Part shown: in pieces, positions 32,677 to 34,315 of the stretch | Layout of the letters: each line of letters starts with the position of its first letter | Position numbering within the stretch: position 1 is the first letter of the stretch | Source of the DNA: Malacoraja senta | Taxonomy: Eukaryota | Length of the DNA stretch: 34,315 nt | Direction: 5' to 3' | Assembly: GCA_038087875.1 (NCBI GenBank) | Contig: CM075987.1 | Span: 28,460,001-28,494,315, forward strand | Translations under genes and position numbers: made by a program | The notes under the pieces: generated by a model | What the model saw: only the letters and a program-made list of their open reading frames with translations | Told to the model about the DNA's origin: nothing | The model's database searches: none

Positions 32677-34315
32677 AGACAAAAGTGCTGGAGAAACTCA
32701 GTGGGTGCAGCAGCATCTATGGTGCGAAGGAAATAGGCAACGTTTCAGGCCGAAACCCTTCTTCAGATGGATGTAGGATGGGGGTGGAGGGGGGGGGGGG
32801 TTGGGGAGAAGAAAGGAGAAAGGAAGAGGAGGAGCCCGAGGGCTGAGTGAGAGCTGAGAAGGGGAGGAGACAGCAAGGGCTACCGGATATTGGAGAAGTC
32901 AATGTTCATGCCACTAGGGTGCAAACTGCCCAAGCGGAATATGAGGTGCTGCTCCTCCAATTTCCGGTGGGCCTCACTCTGGCCATGGAGGAGGCCCAGG
33001 ACAGAAAGGTCAGATTCGGATTGGGAGGGGGAGTTGAAGTGCTGAGCCACCGGGAGGTCAGGTTGGTTAATGCGAACCGAGCGGAGGTGTTCGGCGAAAC
33101 GATCGCCAACCCTACGCTTGGTCTCACCGATGTAGATCAGCTGACATCTAGAGCAGCGGATGCAATAGATGAGGTTGGAGGAGATGCAGGTGAACCTCTG
33201 CCGCACCTGCAACGACTGCTTGGGTCCTTGGATGGAGTCGAGGGGGGAGGTAAAGCGACAAGTGTAGCATCTCTTGCGGTTGCAAGGGAAAGTTCCCGGG
33301 GAGGGGGTAGTACGGGAGGGAAGGGAAGAATTGACAAGGGAGTTACGGAGGGAGCGGTCTCTGCAGAAAGCAGACAGGGGGGGAGATGGGAATATGTGGC
33401 CAGTGGTGGGGTCACGTTGGAGGTGGTGAAAATGTCGGAGGACTATTTGTTGTATGTGACGGCTAGTGGGGTGAAAGGTGAGGACTAGGGGGACTCTGCC
33501 CTTGTTACGAGTGGGGGGATGGGGAGAGAGAGCAGTGTTACGGGGTATAGAAGAGACCCTGGTGAGAGCCTCATATAGTAGGGGAGGGGAACCCCCGTTC
33601 CCTGAAGAATGAGGACATCTCCGATGCCCTGGTGTGGAACACCTCATCCTGGGAGCAGATGCGGCGTAGACGGAGGAATTGGGAATAGGGGATGGAGTCG
33701 TTACAGGAAGCAGGGTGGGAAGAAGTGTAGTCTAGATAGCCATAGGGAGTCAGTGGGTTTGTAGTGGATGTCGGTCAAAAGTCTATCACCTGCGATGGAG
33801 ATAGTGAGGTCACGAAATGGTAGGGAAGTGTCGGAAATGGTCCAGGTGTATTTGAGTGCCAGATGGAAGTTAGTGGTGAAATGGATGAAGTCAGTGTGGG
33901 TGCAGGAGGTAGCACCAATGCAGTCATCAATGTAGTGGACGTAGAGGTCGGGGATGGGGCCCTGGTACGTATAGAACAAGGATTGTTTGACGTGCCCTAC
34001 AAAGAGACAGGCGTAGCTGGGGCCCATGCGCGTGCCCATAGCTGCGCTTTGTATTTGGAGGAAATGGGAGGAGTCAAACGAGAAGTTATTAAGGGTAAGG
34101 ACCAGCTCCTCTAGGCGGAGGAGAGTATCTGTAGATGGGGATTGGTTGGTTCTCCGGTCGAGGAAGAACCGGAGGGCTTTGAGACCATCCTGGTGGGGGA
34201 TGGAGTTGTAGAGTGACTGGACATCCATGGTGAAGATGAGGAGATGGGGGCCTAGGGAATGGAATGCCCGGAGATGACGGAGAGTGTTTGAGGTGTCTTG
34301 AACATAGGTAGGGAG
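32677..34315 (-). mobile_element. Penelope-like element (Neptune type), copy 3, cut by window end
   Basis: ORF 32880..33647 (PCNRKRCYTC...LIYCIRC...YIGETKR...HFN) and ORF 33701..34228 (RT, YIDD). Confidence 0.95.
32736..32769 (-). ncRNA. Minimal type I hammerhead ribozyme motif, core intact
   Basis: Reverse complement catCTGAAGAagggtttcggcctGAAACGTTgcc with palindromic AACGUU helix III. Confidence 0.68.

Larger units (their letters stand above)
15807..34315 (+). repeat. Head-to-tail segmental array, at least 3 units (15807-22505, 22506-30522, 30523-end)
   Basis: Identical chimeric junction gataagggagaaccagtc|caggaggatcgggcc at 22505 and 30522; same PLE at the same CR1 site; same 18-nt FADDTK deletion; non-TE flank duplicated (21950-22277 and 29966-30294). 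Confidence 0.95.

Noticed and set aside
15807..34315. Assembly artefact explanation for the triplication
   Set aside because: Units differ by many substitutions and by private TSD-flanked insertions and share a specific junction; not fully excluded without long reads.

Overview
Eukaryotic, repeat-dense DNA, most likely from a cartilaginous fish (skate/ray/shark; inferred from an HE1/V-SINE-like SINE, CR1/HER1-type LINEs and Neptune-type Penelope-like elements). I found no intact host gene. Almost all long ORFs are pieces of non-LTR retrotransposons (L2, CR1, Rex1/Babar, L1, Penelope-like elements [PLE] with GIY-YIG endonuclease) or their antisense shadows. The left half (1-15 kb) is nested retroelement fragments, minisatellites and a broken PIF/Harbinger DNA transposon. 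The transposase N- and C-termini lie on opposite strands, and a cluster of five short minus-strand exon-like blocks converging on it may be its decayed second gene. The right half (15.8 kb to the end) is a head-to-tail array of at least three copies of a dead CR1+PLE composite, each with private insertions. Notable details: hammerhead-ribozyme cores in the PLE tails, one CR1 site carrying PLE sequence in opposite orientations in two copies with the same 15-bp target duplication, mosaic variant sharing among copies, and a templated 18-bp inversion at an insertion junction.
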